From the NCBI GenBank assembly GCA_052327205.1, contig CM126204.1:69750001-69814000 (forward strand): 64,000 nt of DNA. The letters run 5' to 3'. Shown here piece by piece: positions 39,228-52,144 of the stretch (the stretch's first letter is position 1; each line of letters begins with the position of its first letter). The stretch is from Somniosus microcephalus (Eukaryota). The notes under the pieces were generated by a model. The model ran no database searches and had not been told where the DNA came from. It saw only the letters and a program-made list of their open reading frames with translations. The translations under genes were made by a program, and so were the position numbers.

Positions 39228-40580
39228 TTTTTTTTAAATTCATTGATGGGATGTGGGCGTCGCTGGCTGGCTAGGCCTGCATTTAGTGCCCATCACTAAT
39301 TGTCCTTGAGAAGATGGTGGTGAGCCTCCTTCTTGAACCGCTGCAGTCCATATGGTGTAGGTACACCCACAATGCTGTTAGGAAGGGATTTCCAGGATTT
39401 TGGCCCAGCGACAGTGAAGGAACGGCGATACAGGTCCAAGTCAGGATGGTGTGTGGCTTGGAGTGGAGCTTGTAAGTGATGATGTTCCCATGCGTCTGCT
39501 GCCCTTGTCCTTCTAAGTGGTAGAGGTCGCGGGTTTGGAAGGTGCTGTTGAAGGAGCTTTGGCGAGTTGCTGCAGTGCATCTTGTAGATGGTACACACTG
39601 CAGCCACAGTGCGCCGGTGGTGGAGGGAGTGAATGTTGAAGGTGGTGGATGGAGTGCCAATCAAGCGGGCTGCTTTATCCTGAAAGGTGTCGAGCTTCTT
39701 GAGTGTTGTTGGAGCTGCACTCATCCAGGCAAGTGGAGAGTATTCCATCACACTCCTGACTTGTGCCTTGTAGATGGTGGAAAGGCTTTGGGGAGTCAGG
39801 AGGTGAGACACTCGCCGCAGAATTCCCAGCCTCTGGCCTGCTCTTATAGCCACAGTATTTATATGGCTGGTCCAGTTCAGTTTCTGATCAATGGTAACCC
39901 CCAGGATGTTGATAGTGGGGGATTCAGCGATGGTAATGCCATTGAACGTCAAGGGGAGATGGTTAGAGTCTCGCTTGTTGGAGTTGGTCATTGCCTGGCA
40001 CTTATGTGGTGCGAATGTTACTTGCCACTTGTCAGCCCAAGTCTGAATGTTGTCCAGGTCTTGCTGCATATGGACACGGACTGCATCAGTATCTGACGAG
40101 TCTCGAATGGTGCTGAACAGTGTGCAATCATCAGCGAACATCCCCACTTCTGACCTTATGATGGAGGGAAGGTCATTGATGAAACAGCTGAAGATGGTTG
40201 GGCCTAGGACACTGCCCTGAGGAACTCCTGCAGTGATGTCATGTGATTGAGATGAATGACCTCCAACAACCACAGCCAACTTCCTTTGAGCTAGGTATGA
40301 TTCCAACCAATGGAGAGTTTCCCCCTTGATTCCCATTGACTTCAGTTTTGCTAGGGCTCCTTGATGCCACACTCGATCAAATGCTGCCTTGATGTCAAGG
40401 GCAGTCACTCTCACCTCACCTCTTGAGTTCAGCTCTTTTGTCCATGTTTGGACCAAGGCTGTAATGAGGTCAGGAGCTGAGTGGCCCTGGCGGAACCCAA
40501 ACTGGGCATCAGTTAGCAGGTTATTGCTGAGTAAGTGCCGCTTGATAGCACTGTCGACGACACCGTCCATCACTTTGCTG
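39228..40580 (-). mobile_element. Second LINE type (divergent CR1-group), 5'-truncated, inserted in the tail of CR1 X
   Basis: Uninterrupted 425-aa RT C-terminal ORF 39296-40573 (QFGFRQG, LDIKAAFDRV, GVPQGSVLGP, FADD, YKAQVRSVMEY); A-rich 3' end. Confidence 0.9.
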
Positions 40581-40679
40581 GGTTGGGCCGAATGGCCTGT
40601 TTCTGTGCCATATATCCTATGTAATCCTATGTAGGAAACTGGGCTGAGCTGTTAATTGGTAAACCTATTAACAAACAGT

Positions 40680-43430
40680 GGAATGTATTCAAATAAGTAT
40701 TTGGTACAATACAAAACCAGTGCCTACCCTTAAAATAAAAGGCTCCACATGGTTAGCAAACAAGGTCAGAAACAGTATCAAGCTAAAAGAAAAGTTTACA
40801 TAAATGCAAAAGAAAGTGGAAATCCATTGAACAGAGAGAGCCACAAAGGTATACAAAGAAACTAGTAAGAGGTGTGAAAACAGAATATGAAAAAACAGTA
40901 TCAAAGTTTACAGCAAAAGTTTTATATAAATATGTAAAAAGAAAGAGAGTGGTAAAGGGGAATGTGGGCCCATTAAAGGCAGATTTGGCAAGACTATAAT
41001 CATCAATAAGGAAATGTCTGACTTGTTAATTGAATACTTTGTATCCATTTTCAGAGTAGAGAAAAGAAGACAAATTACCAAAAAACAAGTCAAGGGAAGG
41101 ACCTTAGTGGATTTAATACGTTTTTAAAAATGGCAATGGAGAAAATAATGGGACTGAAGATAAACAAATATCCAGGACATGTTGGTTTTCATCCAGAGTA
41201 TTAAAATAAATAGGGGAGGAAGTTGCAGATACATTAGTCATAATTTTACAAAGCTCTCTCGAGTCAGAAATTGTGCCTATTGATTGGAAAGTTTCAAATG
41301 TCGCCCCATTATTTAAGAAGGGATGGAGGGACAATCCAAGTAGCTACAGGCCTGCCGATTTAACATCAGTTTGGGGAGGTTACAGGAATTCATCATCAGG
41401 GACAAGTGACTGAGCACTTGGACAAGTGTCAGCTGATCAAAGAGAGTGAGCATGGATGTTTTTTTTATTCGTTCATGGGACGTGGGCAACCGCCTTCTTG
41501 AACCGCTGCAGTCCATGTGGTGAAGTTACCTCCACAGTGCTGTTAGGGAGGGAGATCCAGGAATTTGACCCAGCAATGATGAAGGAACAACTATGTACTT
41601 CCAAGTCAGATGGTGTGTGACCTGGAGAGGAATTTGGAGGTGGTGGTGTTCCCATACTTGTCCTTCTAGGTGGTAGAGGTTGCGGGTTTGGGAGGTGCTG
41701 CCGAAGAAGCCTTAGCGAGTTGCTGCAGTGCATCTTGTAGAAGGTATACACTGCAGCCACGGTATTCCAGTGGTGGAGGGAGTGAATGTTTAAGGTGGTG
41801 GATGGTGTGCCAATCAAGGGGGGCTGCTTTGTCCTGGATGGTGTCGAACTTCTTGAGTGTTGTTAGAGCTGCACTCATCCAGGCAAGTGGAGAGTATTCC
41901 ATCACACTCCTGACTTCTGCCTTGTAGATGGTGGAAAGGCTTTGGGAGGTCAGCAGGTGAGACACTCACAGCAGGATACCCAGCCTCGGACCTGCCCTTG
42001 TTGCCACAGTATATATGTGACTGGTCCAGTTAAGTTTCTGGTCAATGGTGACCCCCAGGATGTTGATGGTGGGGGGTTCGGTGATAGTAATGTTATTGAA
42101 TGTCAAGAGGCGGTGGCTAGATGAATGCTTTTTGGAGATAGTCATTGCCTGGCACTTATGTGGCGCGAATGTTACCTGCCACTTATCAGCCCAAGCCTGA
42201 ATGTCATCCAGGTCTTGTTACATGCGGACATGGACTGCTTCATTATCTGAGGAGTTGCAAACATCCCCACTTCTGACCTTATGATGGAGAGAAGGTCATT
42301 GATGAAGCAACTGAAGATGGTTGGGCCTCGGACACTGCCCTGAGGAACTCCTGCAGCGATGTCCTAGGGCTGTGATGATTGACCATCAACCACCACAACC
42401 ATCTTCCTTTGTGCTAGGTATGACTCCAGCCAGTGGAGAGTATTCCCCCCGATTCCCATTGACTTCAGTTTTACTAGGGCTCCTTGATGCCCCACTTGGT
42501 CAAATGCTGCCTTGATGTCAAGGGCAGTCACTCTCACCTCACCTTTGCAATTCAGCTCCTTTGTCCATGTTTGGACCAAGGCTGTAATGAGGTCGGGAGC
42601 AGAGTGATCTTGGCAGAACCCAAACTGGGCATCAGTGAGCTGGTTATTCGTGAGTAAGTGCTGCTTGATAGCGATGACACCTTCCATCACTTTGCTGATG
42701 ATTGAGAGTAGACTCATGGGGCGGTAATTGGCCAGATTGGAATTGTCCTTTTTGTGGACAGGACATACCTGGGCAGTTTTCTATATTGTCAGATAGATGC
42801 CGGTGTTGTAGCTGTACTGGGACAGCTTGGCTAGAGGCGCGGCTAGTTCTGGAGCACAAGTCTTCAGCACGACAGCCAGGATGTTGTCGGGGCCCATAGA
42901 CTTTGCTGTATCCAGTGCGCTCAGCCATTTCTTGATATCACATGGAGTGAATCGAATTGGCTGAAGACTGGCTTCTGTGCTGGTGGGAACCTCAGGAGAA
43001 GGTCTGACTAATCTAGTTGAATGTGTTGAGGTCACTATGGTAGATAGAGGAATATCTATGCATGCTGTCTCTGGACTTTCAGAAGGTATTTGATAAGATT
43101 CCGCACAAGAGATAATTATCAAGAATGAAAATGCATGGAATTGGAGGTAATCTTCTGATATGGATGATTGGGATGTAGGAGATGGAAAGCAGTGATAAAA
43201 TAAACATTCTCTGATTGATGGGATGTAACAAGTGGTGTTCTCCAGGGATCTGTACTGGAGCTTCAGCTTTTCGCCATAGATATTAAAACTTGGATGAAAG
43301 AAGAGAGAATTGTATATCCAGGTTTGCAGATAACACTAAGTTTGTAGTGATAGCAAGTTATATAAATGGTAGCAGGATGTTACGAAGGACAGACTAAGTG
43401 AATGGGAAAAACTATGGCAGATGGCGTTCA
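40680..43430 (+). mobile_element. Old decayed CR1, split by the LINE at 41459-43000
   Basis: Degenerate ORF2 pieces at 40700-41458 continue at 43003-43430. Confidence 0.7.
41459..43000 (-). mobile_element. Second LINE type, decayed copy
   Basis: Colinear with 39228-40580 and extends further 5' (GPDNILAVVLK); poly-A end. Confidence 0.9.
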
Positions 43431-43431
43431 A

Positions 43432-43957
43432 TTGGGGAAGCGGGAGGTCATCCACTGACCCCGATTCTAAAAGGAGAACGCTCCCTGGCAGTCAGTTGGA
43501 TGAGGGGTCTGGCGGTGATCTGGGATTGGAAGGTGGGGGCATGGGTTTCACCGCGATTGTGGGGAGGCCAGGGCTTGGGAGGCCAAAGAACTCCTTGTGT
43601 GGCCTGGGGGTAGCACTCCTGCTCCTCTTGGCCCACAAGGAGAACTGACAGAAGTCATTTTTTACATCTTATCTTGGCCTCTTCTGTCCAGTCGCTGCCT
43701 CTCGCCATAGTTCTGCTGTCGGGCTGCAGACAGTGAAGGACTCCCCCATCTTTAATTTAAGGTTATGTCGAAGCTCCGACATCATCGGGCCACGGCTTTT
43801 GAAAGCAAAGCAGGCCTGCGGGAGCCTCAGCTGAATTGAAAGTCGGTGAACGTAAGATGGCACCGGGTGGGAACGGAACTATTGCAGGCAACTCAGCCTA
43901 ATTATAACCCCTCCCCCGTACCATTCTCACTGGGCGAGGGGTTTAAAATCAAGGCCA
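43432..43957. mobile_element. Partial GC-rich MITE-like element
   Basis: Ends TTAAAATCAAGGCC, similar to the TIR class at 11805 and 15499. Confidence 0.4.
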
Positions 43958-44550
43958 CTTTGGTACATAGCATTGCTTAAACACAGGGGGATTTTCCATT
44001 AAAATGATTTGTGTTTGCAATGGGCAACAAAAATTGTACTTCTTTTAAGTTCCCCACCACATTTTATGTTGGCAAATGAGAGATTTTACTGCTCTCTGCT
44101 TTGGCAGCCATGTTACTGCCTGCTCCAGTGGAAATACCAATGTTGGGCGCAGCATGAAAGATAAGTGCTTGAATGTCCTTAATATTTGTTGAACAAGAAA
44201 ACAAAGTCCTCCTGGACTCCTGCTGCTCCAGAATAGGAGTTGGTGTGGTCCTTTTAAAAGACATTTCCATGGGGATATCGACTGCTGCACTTGCACCAAG
44301 AGCATTTCCGTCTTTTCACCAAGGTAAAACTTCCTCTGATTGCAGCTAAATGAATTAATGATTAATTTAGCAAACTGACTTTTACTTCCATACTTCTATG
44401 TGGGTTTATGAAATAGTATAATTTCTTTTGTGTTACCCCAGACAACCTTGAAGATTTATAGTAACTAATACAGTGTATAACAAAGGTTAAAATGCCCTGC
44501 CGTAATGCAATGCTTTAATTAGCTATTATGTTGTAAATTATATGTATTAC

Positions 44551-47500
44551 TGTGATATCCGAGTGGTAAGGTCAGAAACTGAGATAAGCCAGACTTCAGG
44601 AACCAAAACTCAACTTTTTAATTATATATATGTAGCAGAGAAACATCTCTTACACTGCAGGCAAACACTTCCAATTTTTACTGTGCGATCACCAAGATGG
44701 AGGATCAACCCCTGAGTCATACCCAGAATGCAATGACACTACCTTAATAAGTGGTGTGCCAGGACATTACCTTAAACCTTGTAAATATGATCCCTTAATA
44801 TCTGTCTCCATCTGGTGGATAACTTAAGCATTACATCCCAGATTACTATATCCCCCCGCCATCTTATGTTTACAATAATTTCTTAACAACATTCTTAAAA
44901 AGTCCATAAGGAAACTCCTTTAACGATAGTCCATACTGAACGAACCTAGCAGGTCGTGATCAATCTCTCTGGCGGCTTGTGAGGCTTTGGTGAACGTCTT
45001 ACAGTCAAGTCCCTGCTTGGTTGTGGTAGAACCACCTGCTGCTCCTGAGCAGTACTCAGAGTATCTGACTCTGCTACGATGGTTTCCTCTTGACGAAGGG
45101 GTCCAGGTATAACTGGTTCTGTTCGTGGTGCTGGTACCACCGATGCATTTGGATAACTGGGGGCCACCTTGTCCTCCGACATCTCCTCTGGAACGTCCAG
45201 TTCGATTTCCCTTTGTCTGGTCAGTATCTGATCCACATGTCTGCGTACTACCTGACCAGTTCCCACCATGACCATATATGAAACTGGACCAGTCATTGAG
45301 TCTATGACGCCAGGAATCCATTTTGGACCATAACTGAAATTCCTGATAAGGACAGCATCTCCTTCTCCAAAACTGCGGCTCTTTGTCCTTCTGTCATGGT
45401 TCTCCTTTTGTTTGAATTGTCGGTTTTCCACCTTCCTTTTTAGGTCTGGGTGAACCAGGTCAAGAGTGGAGCGTAGTTGACGTCCTAACAACAACTCAGC
45501 AGGAGAGAGTCCTGTGGTAGATTGAGGTGTTATTCTGTAGCTGAACAGAACTCCTGGCACCTTGGTTGCCAAACTCCCTTCCGCACTTTTTTTCATCACC
45601 CCTTAAATGTTTGTACGGCTCTCTCCGCAAGTCCATTTGAAGACGGATGATATGGAGCTGAGGTCACGTGCACTATGCCATTGTTTCTCAGGAACTCTTT
45701 TGCTTCTGTACTCACAAAACACATGGCATTGTCAATTACTATGATCTCCGGTATCCCTTGATTACTAAAACTCCTACGCAGGCAGTATATAGTAACAGTA
45801 GATGAAGCAGAATTTACAGGATACACATCCATCCATTTGGAATGTGCATCAATGATTATGAGGAACATCTTTCCCATGAATGGACCCGCATAATCTACAT
45901 GTAATCTTCTCCATGGTTTATCCGGCCACTCCCAGGGGTGGAGTGGAGCCGCTGCTGGTGCCTTCCTGTGTACTTGACAAGATTTTCTATCTCCTCATCT
46001 AGCTTTGGCTACCACAAGTAACTCCTTGCCAAGGCTTTCATATGCGAAACTCCAGGATGACACTGATGTAGTTGCCCTAGGATAGACTGTTGTGCTGGCT
46101 GTGGAATAATCACTCGAGCTCCCCACAACACGCAACCATCCTGCACACTCAGCTCTGTCTTCCTGACACTGTAAGGTATGAAATCAGTCCCTTCCGGATG
46201 TTGTGGCCAACCCCTCATTAAATATTCTCGGACTCTAGACAGTACTGGATCTTTACCAGTGCAAGTCCTTACTTGTTCTGCGGTCACAATTACCGTGTCC
46301 GTGTCCTCCAACAACAAAACTCTGTCCTCTGGAGCTGCATGGATAGGTGTACCTGGAAGTGGAAGACGGCTCAAGGCATCTGCGTTCCCATGGTACTTGC
46401 CCGCCTTGTAGACGATGACATACTCATATGCCCTTAACGTCACTGCCCACCTCGGGATCCGGGGTGACACCATCTGTGGTACTGCTTTCATCTCATTAAA
46501 AAGAGATAGAAGAGGTTTATGATCGGTGCATATGGTGAATTTCCTGCCATATATGTACTTGTGAAACCTCTGTAACCCAAACATTACTGCTAATCCCTCT
46601 TTATCTAACTGGGAATCGTTTTTTTCCGCTGGGGTCAGAGTTCGAGACATAAACCCTATCGGTCTTTCTGTTCCATCTTCCAAGCTGTGTGAAAGAACTG
46701 CCCCCATCCTGTAAGGTGAAGCATCACAAGAGAGAATGATGTCTTTCTCTGCATTGTAGTGAACCAGCACATCCGAGGACAGCATCAGTTTCTTGAACTG
46801 TTCAAATGAAACCCTCTGTTCCTCTTCCCACTCCCACTGTGTCTCCTTGCGCAGAAGTTTGTGAAGAGGCGCTAACACAGTTGACAAGTTTGGTAAAAAC
46901 CTGTTATAATAGTTTAGCAGTCCCAGGTAAGCTTTTAACTCAGTCACATTTGTAGGAGCTGGGGCCTCCTGCAGTGCTTGTACCTTCTCCTTGATTGGAT
47001 GGAGCCCGGTGGCATCCACTCTATGTCCCAGGAACACGGCCTCATTCCCCAGGAAAGTGCACTTACTCCTCTTGAGCTGTAACCCAGCCTTATCCAATCG
47101 TTGCAGTACCTCTCTCAGAGTGCTCAGATGCTCCTGGTCGGTTCTTCCCGTCACCAGAATATCATCCAGATAGATTGAAACATGTGGAATCTCTTGCAGT
47201 ACACCCTCGATAGTCCTCTGGAAGATAGCTGGACTAGATGAGACACCGAATGGCAAGCGGTTATAGGTAAACAAACCCTTGTGTGTATTTATGGTTACAT
47301 ACTTCTTGGATTCCTCATCTAGTATAATCTGCAAGTATGCATGACTCATATCCAGCTTCGTGAATTTCTTCCCTCCAGCCAGGTTTGCAAAAAGATCCTC
47401 AGTTTTAGGAATAGGATACAGTTCAAATTTAGACACCCTATTTACTGTCAATTTATAATCTCCACAGATTCTTACCGAATTGTCTGGTTTTAAAACAGGT

Positions 47501-49325
47501 ACAATGGGAGCTGCCCATTCTGAACATTTCAAGGGTTCCAGAATGTTCTCTCTCAAAAGACAGTCAAGCTCAGCCTCTACCTTTGGTTTCATGGCATAAG
47601 GCACAGGTCGTTGTTTAAAAAACCTTGGCAGTGCCTCCTTGTCGACATAAATCTTAGCTGGGGGGCCATTAAATGTTCCAAGTTCTTCCTTGAACACGTT
47701 CTCATGTTCAATCAACACATCTTGCAAAGACAATTGTTTGCCTCCCTCTAGTTGATTTATTGCTCCCCAATCTAATTTAAGTTCTTTTATCCAGCCCCAA
47801 CCTAACAAGTTTGGTCCAGAACCCGATACTACAACTACAGGTAGCTGTTCCACGGTGTCCCTGTGATTCACAGTTACAGTAGCTGTACCCAATGTCGCCA
47901 CTCGTTCACCGGTATATGTTTTAAGCTGCATAGAGCAAGACTTTAACTCTGGAACTTTCGCACGGTTCCACAATTTTGAGTACTCCTCCCTGTTCATTAT
48001 GGTAACACCACATCCGGTATCCATCTCAAAGTTCACCTTAGAGTCATTTACTATCAGTTGCAAAGCAATAGGATCCACTTTTGGAATGTCCTCTACCATA
48101 CTATGCAATATGAACATGTCGTCTTCTTTCTCAGCTTCTCCACTGATGTGATGTGCTCCCTGTTTTTTCACTTCTCTTCCTAGGTTTTGCTTTCCTCCCC
48201 CTTTAGGTTTGTATACCTCCAGGGTAGCTTTTGCTCTGTATGCACGTTTTATATGTCCTTTTTTCCCACACTTGTGACACTTTTCCTCCAGAAACCTGCA
48301 TTCCCTCGCCAGGTGATCTCCATTGCATCTATAACATGCCTTTACATGCTCACGTTGTGGTTTCTGACTCATATTTAACTTGTGCACCAGCGGACCTGCA
48401 ACTTGTCTCGTAGTAGCCCAGTCTGAACATTGTACTTCTTTTACATCTCAGTTAGCTGTCTCTATGGCTTTAGCAAGTTCCGATGCTTTTTCATACGTAA
48501 GCCCAGCCTCGGACAATAATCGCCTCTGCATTCGAGCATCCATTATCCTGCAAACAAGCCTATCTCTCAGCATGTCTTTCAAACTGTTCCCATAATTTCA
48601 ATCATGTGCCAGTTTTCTCAACACCACTACATAATCCAATACAGTCTCTGCCGGTTTCCTGTTCCGTGAATTAAATTTGAAACGCTGTACAATCTCACTC
48701 GGTCTGGGATTGAAATGTTCCTTCAGCAAGGCCACTAAGTTAGCAAATGTGATGTCTCCAGGCTTTTCAGGACTGCATAAGTTCCTCATTAAACTATACG
48801 TCTGACTTCCCACGGAAGTGAGCAAAATAGCTCTCCTTTTTCCAACATCAACTATATCATTTACTACAAAGAAATGCTTCAGCAACTCACAGTATTCGTT
48901 CCAGGTCTGCGTCTGAACATCAAAAGCAGAGAGCTGTCCTACCATAGCAGCCATGATTCCTTGATTCAGTGCTTTTCTTTTTTTTTCCTTCTTCAAGATG
49001 AGATCTGTTCAGCCTCGTCGCCAAATGTGATATCCGAGTGGTAAGGTCAGAAACTGAGATAAGCCAGACTTCAGGAACCAAAACTCAACTTTTTAATTAT
49101 ACATATGTAGCAGAGAAACATCTCTTACACTGCAGGCAAACACTTCCAATTCTTAATGTGCGATCACCAAGATGGAGGATCACTCCCTGAGTCATACCCA
49201 GAATGCAATGCCACTACCTTAATAAGTGGTGTGCCAGGACATTACCTTAAACCTTGTAAATATGATCCCTTAATATCTGTCTCCATCTGGTGGATAACTT
49301 AAGCATTACATCCCAGATTACTATA
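44551..49325 (-). mobile_element. Gypsy element C (Mag-like, distinct family), full length
   Basis: 300-bp LTRs 44551-44850 and 49026-49325 with about 6 differences; TSD ATTAC; PBS TGGCGACGAGG 49013-49023; PPT-like AAGATGGCGGGGGGA next to 44851. Confidence 0.95.
44946..48954 (-). pseudogene. gag-pol of element C, disrupted
   Basis: ORF pieces 48598-48954, 46009-48387 (CCHC, MDTGC, YLDD, CDAS), 45596-45877 and 44946-45599. Confidence 0.92.
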
Positions 49326-49504
49326 ATTACATACTAATGGAAACTTCTGGAGGCAGTTATTAGGGAGCTGGCATTTGGTGAATGCTCTTACCAGTGACTC
49401 CATAATCTGTGACCTGTGTCATTTAATTCTGGTAAACTTTCAACTCACTTAGTTCCACTTAGGTTATTGCATTCTTTTTTTGCCCTTTAATCAAGGAAGT
49501 TAAC

Positions 49505-50100
49505 AACTATAACAATATTACATTTTTATAGTGCCTTTAACTTAGTAAACATTTCACAGAGGTGAAAAGGACACCAAGCAGAGGCAGAGGATTTAGGAGA
49601 GATGACTGCAAACATGCTGGAAAAGTTGGGCATTCCAGGGAGTAGAGCAGAAATGGCTGAATCACCAGTGGTGGAGCGGAGCGAGGGGAATTGCACAGGA
49701 GGACAGAGTGGGAGGATCAAAAGGCACAGCCTGGGAGGTAGAGCTCGGGGGCGGGGTGGCTTGTAGAAATAGGGTGGGGTGATACCATTAGAGGGATTTT
49801 TAAATTAAGATGAGGATTTTGATTTCAATGTGTTGGGAGACAGGGAGCCAATGGAAATTCCCAAAAACAGGCATAATGGGCAAACAAAACTTAGTGCAGG
49901 ACAGGATGCAAGCGACAACGTTTTGGAAAAGTTGAAGTTTACTTAGGGTGCAGCTGAGGAAGTCAGTGAGAAGAGGTTTGGAGAAGTTGAATCTGGAGGT
50001 AACAAAAGCCTGTATAATGGTTTCAACAGCAGTGGGGGTGAACTAAGGGCAGAAGCAGATAATATCGTAGAGGAGGAGGAAGTGGTTATGATGCATAGAA
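49505..50100 (-). mobile_element. Ancient L2-like LINE 3' remnant
   Basis: Starts CATTTTTATAGTGCCTTT, like the L2-type SINE tails; no intact ORF. Confidence 0.45.
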
Positions 50101-51254
50101 TATGTGATAACCAGGCACTTGCTCTACAGAGAGGGACAGAACATCAAAGAGAGAGTCACCTTAGCATCCCTTGAGTGCCTCCAAGGAGTTAGTGACACAG
50201 TAATATTGACAATGACCAAGACGATGAAATTCAGCTTCGGCAGGAACACAAATGGGCTGTAGTTAATCTGCCGCCTGTTAGACACCATACCCAATTTTCC
50301 TTTCTCTTGACCTCAGTATGAAGAACCTTGGCTTTTATCCCTGCCTCCTCTCAAAGGCCGCAAAGCGCCCATTTTTCAGGAGCTGAACAGCCCCCCAAGC
50401 CTTTAATATGGCGGGCAAGAAGCACATGCTCATTATGAGCCAGAAGTGCACCACGTGTCATATTTGTAAAGGCCAAAAAAATCAGCGTGCAGTGCCAAAT
50501 CCTGAAATAGGCATTAACCCTTTGCATATGCAAATGAGGGGCATAATGCCTGTGTGAGGCCCCCACTGCAAGATCAGTTTGCCCAGAGGAGAATTAGGCC
50601 TACCTGCGGCTTAACAGGCAGTGCTTAGCACAACCAACAAAGTAAGATTTTAAAATATATTTACCTGAAAGTTTCCATTAAAAGAATGCGGGCGGGCTGC
50701 CCCCTCCCCCCAGTCACCATGAAAAATAGCACTTCCCCACTCGACCCGCCACCAACTGCGCCCGCTGACCCCCGGAAAAGAGTTTCAGATTTGACCAAGG
50801 TAAAGAAGTGATGTACAGTTTGATGGGATTGAGCCTGATCCTTTTCCTTTGATAGCAGGCTGAAGTTGCCGGGAGCTCGGAATGATTTTTACCCTGCCTG
50901 GCCTGGGGCATTAAAACCAACTGTAGCTCGGCTAACTCAGCACAGAGCACAAATTCAACCTGTGCCGTTGCCATTGCACACTTAATGAGGATTACACAAA
51001 GTTGCAAAACATCATAACGTGTCTTGTAACACTACTTCTATATAAATACAAGATGTTATGCCTAGCAAATGTCCACAGAGCAGTTTGTCTGTAGGTGTAG
51101 GAAGTGTCCGACCTGTTGGTGTGTCTCTGGGGCATGAAGATGCTGATTGGCTTAAATTTCATATTTACCACAAAGGAACCAATGGAGAAAAAAACACTTT
51201 AGACTCTTATTTCATTATCTGTGGTAAAAATCCCCAATCATAAAAAGGGTTCCA

Positions 51255-52110
51255 ATCACCCCCCCTGACCACCATTCCTCGCACCCCAGCCATGACTCCC
51301 CTACAGCCACCGATTGCCCACCTACCCAGTCACCACTAACACCACCCACCAGCCAACGCTCCCCCACCCCGCCCAGCTACCGCTCCCACCCCAGCCTCCG
51401 ATCAGTCAACCACTCAGTCACCACTCCCCCCACCCACCAGCCAACACTCACCCCCCCGCCTGCCCACCACTCCCCCCACCCCAGCCTCCGATCGCGCACC
51501 CACCCAGTCACCACTAACACCACCCACCAGCCAACGCTCCCCCACCCCGCCCAGCTACCGCTCCCACCCCAGCCTCCGATCAGTCAACCACCCAGTCACC
51601 ACTAACCCCACCCACCAGCCAACGCTCCCCCACCCCGCCCAGCTACCGCTTCCACCCCAGCCTCCGATCAGTCAACCACTCAGTCACCTCTCCCCCCACC
51701 CACCAGCCAACACTCACCCCCCCGCCTGCCCACCACTCCCCCCACCCCAGCCTCCGATCGCGCACCCACCCAGTCACCACTAACCCCACCCACCAGCCAA
51801 CGCTCCCCCACCCCGCCCAGCTACCGCTTCCACCCCAGCCTCCGATCGGCCAACCACTCAGTCACCACTCCCCCCACCCCAGCCACCGATTGGCCACCCA
51901 CCCAGACATCACTCCCCCTCAGCTACCGTTCGCCCATCCACTAAGCCACTGCACCCTGCACCCCTCCACCCCAGCCACCGCTTGCCCCCACTGGCCACCA
52001 ATCACCCCTGCCTGCCACCACGACCTCCCAACCTATTCGCCACCCTTACGACTTGGTCACCCTCCTTCTGACCCAATCACCTACCCTTCCCACCCCGATC
52101 ACCCCCCTTT
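51255..52110. repeat. C-rich minisatellite, ~88-90-bp unit, about 7 copies of two variants
   Basis: CAGTCACC and CCCCAGCCTCCGATC recur at ~89-bp spacing from ~51327 to ~51860. Confidence 0.9.
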
Positions 52111-52144
52111 AAATCAACGGTTTAAACCAAACATGGCCACAGTA

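Larger units (their letters stand above)
32950..40633 (+). mobile_element. CR1 LINE X (ORF1 remnant, endonuclease, RT, tail), host to nested insertions
   Basis: EN motifs YRPPNS, MGDFN, SDHN at 33200-34000; resumes at 37142-39230; tail (TCCTATGTA) resumes at 40581-40633. Confidence 0.85.

Noticed and set aside
44269-44329. First coding exon MGISTAALAPRAFPSFHQ|GTAAAA
   Set aside because: Weak donor, no recognised homology and no partner exon
51255-52110. CRISPR-like array or Pro/His-rich gene
   Set aside because: No unique spacers, eukaryotic context, and the ORFs are low-complexity artefacts
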